A DNA stretch of 64,000 nt from a virus, in the IMG/VR virus record IMGVR_UViG_3300021479_000014, positions 16,610 to 80,609 of that record, one strand, 5' to 3'. Made by a program: the position numbers and the translations under genes. Within the stretch, counting starts at the first letter, position 1. Every line of letters begins with the position of its first letter. Shown piece by piece: positions 39,410 through 49,287 of this stretch. Under the pieces are notes generated by a model. The model was not told the origin of the DNA. It was given only the letters and a program-made list of their open reading frames with translations, and searched no databases.

Positions 39410-40212
39410 GACTAGCTTTCAGTTTGATGTGCGCATATGTGGAACGTTTTGGTAAACTACGGGAGAGTTTTCATTATAAAATAGGTGATCCAATTACTTC
39501 TTTTACCAAAAATGCGTTGACGAATCCACCATTTCAAAGATATTATTATTATGATTTTAATACTCCAGATTGGAATGTAGAATGGAAATGTTACAATCCA
39601 TCAGAAGGATTAATTGATTTTTTCTCTATTCGCCAAGATGCTTTGGACATGTCACCACATGCAGATTTCATCTTTATGCTAGATGATGAATTTGTATTCA
39701 AAGAAGGATCAACAGAAGTTATAAATCAATGTTGCAGATATTTATATGATAACCCAGATTGTGGCGCCATATATCTTGCTGGTAATTTTGGTGGCGAAGG
39801 TGATCATCACGGAGATGAAATATATATTACAAATAATAAACTTTTGAGTTTAAACCGCGGTATCGTGTTGCGCAACAAGCCTGTGAATATGGACAACCGT
39901 CTTCATGGATTAGGTTGGGCAGACGAAACTGTTATTGGCTTTACTAACTTGATACAAGGATATTATCTTGCCAGAAGGATGCATGTACCAATTGAACATG
40001 ATAGTATAAATTGGCTAAGTGAAGATAATAAAAATTTGAATTACAATACGAATTACATTATAAATGAAGGAATTGGAGCTGGAATCAACAGAACAATAGG
40101 AAGATGGAATAAACTTGATGTTTGGCCAGAAAATATATTTAACCTATATCGTCAAGCGGCGATGTTGAAAGGGTTCGTGCCTAAGTACGATGTTGACGGG
40201 AGTGTACTATGA
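39406..40212 (+). CDS. Glycosyltransferase-like protein (GT-A-like)
   Basis: RQDAL...ADFIFMLDDEFVFK (DxD-type)...P.CGAI...NRGIV...G..DE...GY..ARR..VPIEH. Confidence 0.55.
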   Translation: MRLAFSLMCAYVERFGKLRESFHYKIGDPITSFTKNALTNPPFQRYYYYDFNTPDWNVEWKCYNPSEGLIDFFSIRQDALDMSPHADFIFMLDDEFVFKEGSTEVINQCCRYLYDNPDCGAIYLAGNFGGEGDHHGDEIYITNNKLLSLNRGIVLRNKPVNMDNRLHGLGWADETVIGFTNLIQGYYLARRMHVPIEHDSINWLSEDNKNLNYNTNYIINEGIGAGINRTIGRWNKLDVWPENIFNLYRQAAMLKGFVPKYDVDGSVL

Positions 40213-40697
40213 CAGCAACGCGACAAGAAATCGTATCTCTGGTTGTTGGTGCATTTTTTGATGCTGAGAAATCACCAGCCCAAAGAAAGCTTAAAAGATT
40301 AGCTGAAGACGATGGTGTCGATCTTCAAAACAACAGAATAGCTTTTGCCGAATGGCTAGGCCAAAAGTTGAATGGTCAATCTGAACCTCAACCTCAAACT
40401 CAGCAAAGGCCAAATAGTAGAGTTAAGGACAGATTCAAAAAACATTCTCCAAGAGAATGGATAGATACAAAGATGAAAGATAGCCCATGGGCTAAAGCAG
40501 GTTTTCAAGGTATGAATAATAGAGATGAGGCACAAGATGTCATTGATGGAAATGATGCCATATTAGGTTTTCCATCATATAGAGATTGTACATGGGAGGA
40601 ATTAGAAAATGCGCCAGGTAATAGACCTGGATTTCTAATTAAGATGATCGTTGCACTCGAAAGCTTCAACGAAAAATACGCCTATATTAAACGATGA
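40209..40697 (+). CDS. Hypothetical protein
   Basis: Coupled ORF within the operon. Confidence 0.55.
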   Translation: MTATRQEIVSLVVGAFFDAEKSPAQRKLKRLAEDDGVDLQNNRIAFAEWLGQKLNGQSEPQPQTQQRPNSRVKDRFKKHSPREWIDTKMKDSPWAKAGFQGMNNRDEAQDVIDGNDAILGFPSYRDCTWEELENAPGNRPGFLIKMIVALESFNEKYAYIKR

Positions 40698-41227
40698 TAG
40701 CCACAGTCTTTGATACAGAAACTACAGGATTGATCATCAATCCAGCACGTTCTCTTGCGCTGCAACCAGAGATCATCTCTTTTGCAGCGCAAGAGTTCAA
40801 TTTGATGACTGGTGAGAAATTTAATTCATTTTATAGAATATTCAAGCCAACTAGACCTATAAGTGAAGAGATAACAAAGATCACAGGATTTACCAATGAG
40901 CAACTTGCTATAGAACCGCCAATAAAAGATAGTTTAGATGAGATAACTATAATGCTGGAAAAAGCAAATTTGCTTATTGGTCAAAATATTACGTTTGATA
41001 AAGGTATGGTGGAATTAGAATTGAAACGATACGGTAAGAGAATTTTATGGCCAATGTCACTAGACTTAGTTGAGCATACTATCTATCTTAAAGGGTACAG
41101 ATTGAGTTTAACTAATTTACATTTGGAGTTGTTTGGTGTAGGATTTGAGTCTGCGCACCAAGCCAATGTAGACGTTGATGCAACATATCGTTGTGCTGTG
41201 GAATTATACAAGCGAGGGTTACTGTGA
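40694..41227 (+). CDS. dnaQ: DEDDh 3'-5' exonuclease (Pol III epsilon-like)
   Basis: FDTETTG, QN..FD, AHQA..DV. Confidence 0.88.
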   Translation: MIATVFDTETTGLIINPARSLALQPEIISFAAQEFNLMTGEKFNSFYRIFKPTRPISEEITKITGFTNEQLAIEPPIKDSLDEITIMLEKANLLIGQNITFDKGMVELELKRYGKRILWPMSLDLVEHTIYLKGYRLSLTNLHLELFGVGFESAHQANVDVDATYRCAVELYKRGLL

Positions 41228-44109
41228 GGATCAGGTCTGAGTATAGCTTTCGCTATGCTTATGGTAAACTACCAGACGTACATAATCGCGTTCTGGAAAT
41301 GGATTGGAGTGCTTGTCCAATTAGTGATAGGATAAGCACATTCAGCTTTACCTCTTGGAATTTACTATGCGAACAAGTAAAAATGAAGCCAGTATTTGGT
41401 GTAGAATTAGGAGTCACATCTCTATTAGGTGTTAAGAGACCAGCTACATCTTTTTGGTCATTCTTTGCGCTCGATAAGTTGCGCACCATAAATGAATTGG
41501 TATATCAGACTACAAATAAGCCAGGACATTATCCATTATTAGATTATGGAGAAGCTTGCACTACTATAGATATGATTAAGATAGCTGACAATAAGGTCCA
41601 GTTACATGAAGTATATCCACATGATAATTTCTATATTGCACTGTCTCCATCAACGCCAATTGGATTATTTAGAGAAGCCAAATCTAGATGTTTTAACTTT
41701 ATGGCATCATCAGATAATGTGTTTCCATATGTAGAGGATAGAATACCGTATCATACCATTCTCTATAAAAATGCTGAGACAGCATCCTATCCACAATACA
41801 TCTTAACAGACGAAGAATGGCGCAAGTCTTTGCCATATGTCATAACAGATGAAGATGCACAACAGGCTATCAATAATAGAAATGAAGCTATGTTGCGGTG
41901 CAATGCAGTCTTGCTCAAAGCTGATGTATTTAAGCCAAAGAACAATTTCTCATTAAGAGATATGTGTGAGGAAGGTGCGCGTGAATTAGGTGTAGATTTA
42001 AATGATCCTCTCTATGCAGAACGTATGGAGAGAGAATTAAAAATGATTTACGATAAAGGATTTCAAGATTATTTTTACATTGTGGCAGATATGATGGCGT
42101 TTGCCAAGCAACACATGATAGTGGGGCCAGGCCGTGGATCATCAGCGGGTTCTTTGGTTTGTTATATTTGTGGCATTACAGCTGTTGATCCTCTTAGGTT
42201 CAATCTATTATTTGAAAGGTTCATCGACGTTACACGTACAGATCTTCCTGATATTGATCTTGATTTCAGCGATGTTAAGCGCCAGTTGGTTTTTGATTAT
42301 ATTCGTGACAAGTATGGAAATAACCATGTAGCGCGCTTAGGCTCAGTAATGAGTTATAAGCCTAAGTCCATCCTTAATACAGCTGGCGCTGCATTAGGTA
42401 TACCAAAATGGCTATGTGATAAAGTAGCTGATACTTTGATCGAAAGATCTTCAGCTGATTCGCGTGCGCTGCAAACGTTTGAGGAAACCTTCTATGACAC
42501 AGAAATAGGAAGGAAATTACTCAATGATTATCCAGAAATTTCTGCTGTTTTTGAAGTCGAAGATCATGCAACAAATGCAGGCCAGCATGCAGCCGGTATC
42601 GCCATTACTAGTGGTGAAGTATTGGACTATGTTGCTATTGATGGTCGCACTGGCGCAATCATGGCAGATAAGTACGATGCAGAGATTCTCAATATTCTTA
42701 AAATCGACTGTCTGGGCCTTTCCCAGCTATCTATATTTGAACGCGCCTTGGAATTAATAGGAGAAAATCCAAAGAACGGATTTCTTGAAATGCTGCCGTT
42801 AGATGATCAAACAGCATATGACGTTTTAAATAAGAAGCAATTCTCAGGTATATTCCAAGCAAATGGAAAAAGCTTGCAGATTTTGTTCCAATCTATTCAT
42901 ACTGATAGATTTGATGATTTAGTAGCAATCACTTCTCTGTCGCGCCCAGGTCCAGTTGCCTCTGGCGGTGCTGTTCGTTGGACACGCAAGAGAATGGGAA
43001 CAGAGCCAACAGTTTTTAAACATCCATTATTGGCGTCACATCTTGAAAGTACATATGGAGAAGTAGTCTATCAAGAACAGATTATGTCCATTTGTAGAGA
43101 TGTTGGGAAAATGCCTTTCTCTGAAATAGAGAAGGTTAGACGCGCCATGTCTAAGTCTCTGGGCGTAGAAGCCATTAAAGAATGGGGACAATCATTCAAA
43201 AGAGGCGCGCTAGAGAATGGAATATCAGAAGAATTGATAGATGTTATTTGGGGAGAGTTGACGCAATTCGGAGCATGGGCTTTTAATAAATCTCATGCAC
43301 TATCTTATTCTCTTATCACATATTGGTGTTGCTGGCTTAAGGCGCATCATCCAGTAGAGTTTGCTGCGGCTACTCTTGATAATGAAGCAGAGCCTATGAA
43401 GCAATTGCATCTTCTACGCGAACTTGACATAGAAGGTATTAAATATAAGCCATTAGATGTTGAACATTCAATAGATAAATGGACAATTAAAGTAGAAGAT
43501 GGTAAGAAAATTCTAGTTGGACCTTTGACAAATATCAAAGGCGTAGGTCCAGTTACTGTTCGCAAGATAATGGAATCACGCAACGGTGGTGCGCCACTAA
43601 CGCCAGCAATCTTAGATAAATTGGCAATAGCATCAACAAAGATAGACTCATTAACGCCTATTAGTGATGCAATCAATAAGTTGCATCCAGATTTAACTGC
43701 AATAAAAATCTTTTCTAGTCCAACTCCTATATCTGATTTGTATGCAGGATTAGATGGAGAATATATGATCTTTGGATTAGTCAAAAGAATACAGCCTAGA
43801 GATGAGAATGACTTGCACTCGATAGCAAAAAGAGATGGCAGAAAGTTGGAAGGTCCATCTTGGAGTTTAAATCTGTTTATGCATGACGATACAGATGAGA
43901 TACTCTGTAAGATTGATAGATTTGATTACGAAACATCAGGAAAGAGAATTGAAGAAATAGGCGGACAAGGTGATGCGCTCTATGCCATAAAAGGCCGCAT
44001 CCCACGCGGCTTTAGAATGATTTTAATATCAGGTATAAGATATTTGGGACGTATGTCTGATTTGGATATAAAAACGCCTAAGTATCAAGGAGCGGATCTG
44101 TTCGCATGA
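41224..44109 (+). CDS. dnaE: DNA polymerase III alpha subunit
   Basis: GPGRGSSAGSLV.Y..GIT.VDPL...LLFERF...DLPDIDLDF, HAAG, KID.LGL, YQEQIM, AFNKSHA. GTG start at 41224 overlaps the dnaQ stop. Confidence 0.95.
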   Translation: MRIRSEYSFRYAYGKLPDVHNRVLEMDWSACPISDRISTFSFTSWNLLCEQVKMKPVFGVELGVTSLLGVKRPATSFWSFFALDKLRTINELVYQTTNKPGHYPLLDYGEACTTIDMIKIADNKVQLHEVYPHDNFYIALSPSTPIGLFREAKSRCFNFMASSDNVFPYVEDRIPYHTILYKNAETASYPQYILTDEEWRKSLPYVITDEDAQQAINNRNEAMLRCNAVLLKADVFKPKNNFSLRDMCEEGARELGVDLNDPLYAERMERELKMIYDKGFQDYFYIVADMMAFAKQHMIVGPGRGSSAGSLVCYICGITAVDPLRFNLLFERFIDVTRTDLPDIDLDFSDVKRQLVFDYIRDKYGNNHVARLGSVMSYKPKSILNTAGAALGIPKWLCDKVADTLIERSSADSRALQTFEETFYDTEIGRKLLNDYPEISAVFEVEDHATNAGQHAAGIAITSGEVLDYVAIDGRTGAIMADKYDAEILNILKIDCLGLSQLSIFERALELIGENPKNGFLEMLPLDDQTAYDVLNKKQFSGIFQANGKSLQILFQSIHTDRFDDLVAITSLSRPGPVASGGAVRWTRKRMGTEPTVFKHPLLASHLESTYGEVVYQEQIMSICRDVGKMPFSEIEKVRRAMSKSLGVEAIKEWGQSFKRGALENGISEELIDVIWGELTQFGAWAFNKSHALSYSLITYWCCWLKAHHPVEFAAATLDNEAEPMKQLHLLRELDIEGIKYKPLDVEHSIDKWTIKVEDGKKILVGPLTNIKGVGPVTVRKIMESRNGGAPLTPAILDKLAIASTKIDSLTPISDAINKLHPDLTAIKIFSSPTPISDLYAGLDGEYMIFGLVKRIQPRDENDLHSIAKRDGRKLEGPSWSLNLFMHDDTDEILCKIDRFDYETSGKRIEEIGGQGDALYAIKGRIPRGFRMILISGIRYLGRMSDLDIKTPKYQGADLFA

Positions 44110-44605
44110 AAAATCATCCACGAATAGTCGATCCAGGACACACTCATCCAATTCGACAATTGACGCCTGAAGAAAGTGCTGCGTCTCAAAAGGAACACGG
44201 TTTTGATATAAATGAACATTTAGCTGCACTTCCAGAGAAAGTGCGTGACGATTATGCAAAAGCCATAAAGAGACAATCTAAAATATGAGAATATTCATAT
44301 GGTTATTCAGTCTGTCTTTGATAGGATTATGGCTTACAGCACTGATAATAGTGCTGTTTGTTCCAAAAGTTCATAAGCATTTGTCAATAGATGGAGTGCA
44401 ATATGAAAATATGTCCAAGATGCGGAGGTGAAAAGAAAACTAATAAAGGAATTTATTGTCAGCCTTGTGCTGTTCACATTGCTGCTGTAAAAGGTAAACT
44501 GTCAAAACAGGCTAAGAAAAGTTCAAGTAAAGGAGGACTTAAAGGTGGTCCTTCATCGAGAAAAGGTAAAGTCAAAATAACTTTGCCTCCAGTTGGGAAG
44601 AAATA

Positions 44606-46321
44606 ATGATACGAGTTGTTGCTGAAAATAGATATCTCACGGTCTATGGGCCATTTCCTTTAGATTTTTTGAAGGTATTGTCGCGCACCAGTGGACGTAA
44701 GATCTGGACCCAATCTAAGCAAGTTAGAGTGGAAGGTTCTGCATGGAATCTTAACATCTTAAAGAATAGTGGATTTGATTTAAATTTTGAAGATGCTACT
44801 AATGATATAAAAGAAATTGAAGAAATTAAGAATATGCTCACAATTGCTGATCCTATCAAACATAATTATCGTCCAAAACTTGCTCTTAAAGATCATCAAG
44901 TAGAAGGATTGAACCTTAGTTGTTATCGTCATGCATTTGCTTGGTTCCTAGAAATGGGTCTAGGTAAGACTGCAATGGCTATTGCCAATTTTTGTATTTT
45001 ATGGCTACAAAATACAATTGAAGCAGTTCTTATTTTAGCACCAAAAGGCGTACATAAGCAATGGATAGCAGAGGAAATTCCAAAACATATAGATCCAACT
45101 ATTCCTCTAAACATGACATTATGGACAGCTGGCGCTGCATACGAATCATCAGAATTAAAGGTGCATGGTGCGCTCAATATCTTTGCCATGAACATAGATT
45201 CAGTTAATACTAATGATGGTGATTTTGCAATTCGCCAATTTTTTAGTTTGTTTGGTGCTAAGTTCGATATGAAATATAGCAAGAAAGGAGAAAGATCATT
45301 CATAGTTGATAAGAAAAGCAAAGTAATGATGATTATTGATGAGTCTCATCAAATAGGAAATTATTCATCTAAAAGAACTCAAGAAACTATTGAGTTTGGT
45401 AAATTAACAGAATATAGAAGAATATTGACTGGAACTCCTATTGCCACAAGTCTACTTAATATTTGGTGTCAATTTATGTTTTTGGATAGTCGCATTATAG
45501 GTATTGATTATATCACGACATTTAAGTCGCGCTTCTGTGAGACTGGTGGCCATACAGGATATGATGTTATTGGCAGTAAGAATGTTGAAGAATTCTATAC
45601 TCTTATTGCATCACATTGTTATAGAAAGACCAAAAAAGAATGTCTGGATCTTCCAGATAAAATTTATGCTCAACGTACTTATGTGTTAGGAAATGAAACT
45701 CGTTGGCATTATGAAAATATTAAACAAGCTTTTATGACAAAATTAAAGTCAGGCAACGTAGTAGCGCCAGCTAATGCTCTCGCGTCTCTGGTGCGCCTCC
45801 AACAGATATGTTCAGGGTTTTTGCCAGACGAAAATGAGAATGAAATAGCAAGTAAGAGAGTTTATGAAATCTTCTCTTATGAGCGTGCAGATATAGCTCT
45901 GGATATGGTTAAGCAAATTGAAGGTCAAGTTATTATATGGGCACGATTTATTCCTGATATCAAATGTATAAGGCATAAATTCCAGAAAGATTTTGGAAAA
46001 GATATAGCTTTAATGGAAGAAAATGAACAATTTAAATCTGGTAAGAAAAAGATATTGCTCTCTAATCAAGCTAAAGGAATTGGCGGTAACTTACAAGAAT
46101 CAGGTTGCACAAATATGATATTCTATAATAACAGTTTCAATTTGATACATAGATTGCAACCAGAAGATCGTGTCCATAGAATGGGTATGCGTGGTGCATT
46201 AACTATTTGGGATATAACCGCAGATAGAACAGTTGATAAAATTATTGCGGATAATTTAAAAGCCAAAAAAGATTTATCTCAATTCGTATTAGATGACATT
46301 CGGCAGATAATAGAGGCTTAA
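44606..46321 (+). CDS. SNF2-family helicase
   Basis: EMGLGKT, IDESH, LTGTP, RLQQI, Q.EDRVHRMG. Confidence 0.9.
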   Translation: MIRVVAENRYLTVYGPFPLDFLKVLSRTSGRKIWTQSKQVRVEGSAWNLNILKNSGFDLNFEDATNDIKEIEEIKNMLTIADPIKHNYRPKLALKDHQVEGLNLSCYRHAFAWFLEMGLGKTAMAIANFCILWLQNTIEAVLILAPKGVHKQWIAEEIPKHIDPTIPLNMTLWTAGAAYESSELKVHGALNIFAMNIDSVNTNDGDFAIRQFFSLFGAKFDMKYSKKGERSFIVDKKSKVMMIIDESHQIGNYSSKRTQETIEFGKLTEYRRILTGTPIATSLLNIWCQFMFLDSRIIGIDYITTFKSRFCETGGHTGYDVIGSKNVEEFYTLIASHCYRKTKKECLDLPDKIYAQRTYVLGNETRWHYENIKQAFMTKLKSGNVVAPANALASLVRLQQICSGFLPDENENEIASKRVYEIFSYERADIALDMVKQIEGQVIIWARFIPDIKCIRHKFQKDFGKDIALMEENEQFKSGKKKILLSNQAKGIGGNLQESGCTNMIFYNNSFNLIHRLQPEDRVHRMGMRGALTIWDITADRTVDKIIADNLKAKKDLSQFVLDDIRQIIEA

Positions 46322-46463
46322 AGATGGTAATTAACCCTGATCAAACAGTAGAAAGAAAGTTGCTTTTCCTTCGCTTTTTTAGTTGCAATTGTCCGCGAAA
46401 TGTGTTATACCAGCGGTGTGAAGACGCTGTATAATCAACGTCTCTAGCAAGGAGAGCAGAGTA

Positions 46464-47303
46464 ATGGCTAAAATCTACCAGGTACGATACACAGTTGCTG
46501 ACAGCACTGTGGCGCACGAACACTATACTGAAAAAGGCGCCAAGGCTGACGCAAAGCAACTGTCCAAGGCTATCGGAAATGCGATGCTTGGAGAGATCGA
46601 GCGCGCAGAAGATGGCACAGACCTTATTCTACGTGTTTGGGAATATGCTGGCGGAGAACCAGGAAAGGCAATTCCAAAAGAAGGTTCACCTTCGGCAGTC
46701 AATGTAGTCAAGACCGCAGACGAAACGAAGTTGGCGGAAGGCACTATCGAAAAGAAGCCAAAAGCTCCGAAGAAAACTGACGAAGAGCGTATCGCTGAAA
46801 TTGCTGCCGACGCGCAGCGCAAACTTGATGAGATCGCTTCTGGTACCTTTGTTCTTCCAACTCGCGGTCGTCGCGTAGCTTCTGGCGAACCCAGAGCAGA
46901 ACGTAAGCCCAAGACGCCTGATCTCGACAAGGCGAAGAAGTTCCAGGAGCTTATGGGCGCCTCGGAAGGCGTTGCCAAACTTCTTACGGAAATTGGCGTT
47001 ACGACGGTCAGCCGGCGCGCCAAGGTTGCGGTTATTGTTATGGACAACAATGGCCCTATCTTCGCTTCGCAGGTTGCTGAGCTCTACAACACCAATCTTG
47101 ATGAAGGCGAAATCAAGATTGAAGTCAAGGAAGTTATGGCGTGCGTTAACCACGTTGTGTACCTGCTTACGCGTGAAGAGAAGCCTTGGCGCATTACGGT
47201 TCGGCCGAAGGATGGCGGAGATAAGCGCCTGAACTTCGTTCCAATTCGTGTCGAATACGAGGACAATGACGACGAACCGGAAGCGGATCAATCCGCTGCC
47301 TGA
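46464..47303 (+). CDS. Hypothetical protein, GC-richer stand-alone unit (probably highly expressed)
   Basis: SD aggag, upstream promoter-like TTGCAA-N17-TATACC (46383-46411) and its own terminator. Confidence 0.75.
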   Translation: MAKIYQVRYTVADSTVAHEHYTEKGAKADAKQLSKAIGNAMLGEIERAEDGTDLILRVWEYAGGEPGKAIPKEGSPSAVNVVKTADETKLAEGTIEKKPKAPKKTDEERIAEIAADAQRKLDEIASGTFVLPTRGRRVASGEPRAERKPKTPDLDKAKKFQELMGASEGVAKLLTEIGVTTVSRRAKVAVIVMDNNGPIFASQVAELYNTNLDEGEIKIEVKEVMACVNHVVYLLTREEKPWRITVRPKDGGDKRLNFVPIRVEYEDNDDEPEADQSAA

Positions 47304-47309
47304 AGACTT

Positions 47310-47339
47310 GGGGAGCGCCCTTGTGGCGCTCCTTCTTTT
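47310..47339 (+). terminator. Intrinsic terminator
   Basis: ggagcgcc-cttgt-ggcgctcc followed by ttctttt. Confidence 0.75.
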
Positions 47340-47350
47340 ATGAGGCGAAA

Positions 47351-48118
47351 ATGGACGCGTTTGACAAGATTAGATATTCTCCAATGGAGAAAAAGATTTT
47401 GGCTGCTATCCCGAAAGATGGCAGATATATCTCTACTTTAGAGTTAGTGGATATAGTTTATACAGATCCACCAAGGAACGCACGGCAATCAATTTTGACT
47501 GCTGTCAATTCGCTCATCAGTAAGAGCGACGAGAATATGGAACCTTGGGAAATTTTCAAATCTAAGCCTAGAGGTAGCCAACCCAGTTATTTCTGGTGTA
47601 AAGTACGAGAGTGAAGTGTGCTTTAGACTACAAAAATAAGACGTATTTTTTTAAACAGCTTCCCAGGCATCATAGGCGGCCGATACGGTTCTAGGCTAGG
47701 GATATGCCCGACAAGGTAAAACGACCGTGCTAGGGCCGTTTCTAGCGGTTTAATCCGCTATCCTGCCCGCGATCTAGCACGATCCGTGCGAGCTAAACAG
47801 AGGGAGAGCCACATGCAAAACATCTCAGAAATCAAAGTCCTAATTGATGAAATGGAAATGAAGATTGAATCATACGGAGATAAGACCGTATGGCAAAAAT
47901 CCAATAGCTCGGATTGGTACACTTTCGTTGTAGAAAGTGGCCCTAAGATTATCCAAAGTTGGAGAGAATTGGCTGCTTTGGTAAGACTTACGCCAGGAGA
48001 TCAATTACTAGAATTGATTGCTAAACTAGAAAGCATCCAAGCAATGGTTGCCAATCAAGACGTAATGCAGCTTGCAGTGAAACTCAACCGCTCTGTGGCG
48101 CCACCAATACAAGAATGA
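47351..48118 (+). CDS. Two hypothetical ORFs (47351-47614 winged-helix-like; 47813-48118)
   Basis: SD-preceded ATGs within the track ORFs. Confidence 0.5.
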
Positions 48119-48301
48119 ATTATAGCAAAGTTATCTAAGTTATCCAAAACCACTATAACTAAATCACAAATAATTTTTGTACTATACAAGGGCGCATAAA
48201 TATGTTACAGTTTGTTAATGTTTCAAGAATAACTGTGAGTGCGTATTAACTCACCGTTATGCGTTGTAATGGTGCGTTCACCCAGATCTGGAGAACAACA
48301 C

Positions 48302-48949
48302 ATGAGAACTATGCTGCTTGCTGGCGCGGCTATGTTGGGGCTTATGGCCCCGGCTTATGCCACGTTGCAAATCGAAGTGTTTGACAATGGCACTTTGATC
48401 GACAACATCACGGGGATTACGACTGGCGCTGCTTCGCTCACAACCAATGATGCGAACTTTGCCAATATCACAATCGCCTCTCAAGGCTCGCCTATTTTGC
48501 CCAATGCCGATCTGTCAAGCGTCACACTTGACGCCTCCGCAGCGGCTGGCTTTACAGGCTCGCACACATTGACGGTTGATATCCTGCAAAGCGCCGTGTC
48601 TGGACTTGGAAACACGCTCTCGACCTTTACGGTCAACGGCCTTACCAACGATCCTGGCCCAACGACAGAGAGCACGTTCGCCGATGGAGGGCTTCTAGCA
48701 ACGCACACGTTCCCTGCTGCGCTGCTTGACGGTTCTTTTGGGCCGGTATCGGCAGCAACTGGTCCGTTCACTTCGGATGAGATCCAGTTTGCTGTGGACT
48801 TCACTGCACCAAGGCAGTCGTTTGGTGGTTCAGCCCAGTTGACGACAAACGTTCCTGAGCCTTCGACTTGGGCTATGCTCATTCTTGGCTTTGTCGGACT
48901 TGGCTTTGTCGGGTTGCGCCACAAAGCTGGACGCCTAGCGTCTCTCTAA
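48302..48949 (+). CDS. PEP-CTERM (PEPxxWA-type) surface protein
   Basis: Signal peptide MRTMLLAGAAMLGLMAPAYA; C-terminal VPEPSTWAMLILGFVGLGFVGLRHK. Confidence 0.9.
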   Translation: MRTMLLAGAAMLGLMAPAYATLQIEVFDNGTLIDNITGITTGAASLTTNDANFANITIASQGSPILPNADLSSVTLDASAAAGFTGSHTLTVDILQSAVSGLGNTLSTFTVNGLTNDPGPTTESTFADGGLLATHTFPAALLDGSFGPVSAATGPFTSDEIQFAVDFTAPRQSFGGSAQLTTNVPEPSTWAMLILGFVGLGFVGLRHKAGRLASL

Positions 48950-48956
48950 CAACAAT

Positions 48957-48982
48957 GGTGGGAGGCTTGTAGCCTCCCACTT
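48957..48982. terminator. Hairpin between convergent genes (probable bidirectional terminator)
   Basis: gtgggaggc-ttgta-gcctcccac. Confidence 0.65.
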
Positions 48983-49287
48983 CATCTGGAGAGATTATAT
49001 CTGATAGCAACCATTTCGCCATATAATCGTTCCATTAATTCTTCAGTAAACTCTTCACGTTTTATTTTAGCTTCTTCTGTCATAAAAATATGACCATATG
49101 TAATAGCTAAAGCAACTGCATGTGTCAAATTAACAGCACCAAATTTAAACCGTGCTGTATCAAGATGAGTTTTTACTGTTCCGAAAGATACACCCATAAT
49201 AAGACTAATTTCGTGATAAGTCTTACCTTGCGCTGCCCATGTTAGAGCTTCAATTTCTCTTGGTGAAAGTTTTATGGCATTTAGCAT
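48982..49287 (-). CDS. LuxR-type HTH protein without an autoinducer-binding domain
   Basis: LSPREIEALTWAAQGKT..EIS.IMGVS.GTVK.HL..AR.K.GA.N.THAVA.A. Confidence 0.88.
   Translation of the reverse strand: MLNAIKLSPREIEALTWAAQGKTYHEISLIMGVSFGTVKTHLDTARFKFGAVNLTHAVALAITYGHIFMTEEAKIKREEFTEELMERLYGEMVAIRYNLSR

Noticed and set aside
46495-47291. Overlapping alternative-frame ORFs around 46464-47303 (similar cases at 10393-10934 and 48278-48924)
   Set aside because: By-products of locally high GC; only one frame in each region has an SD and a matching terminator.
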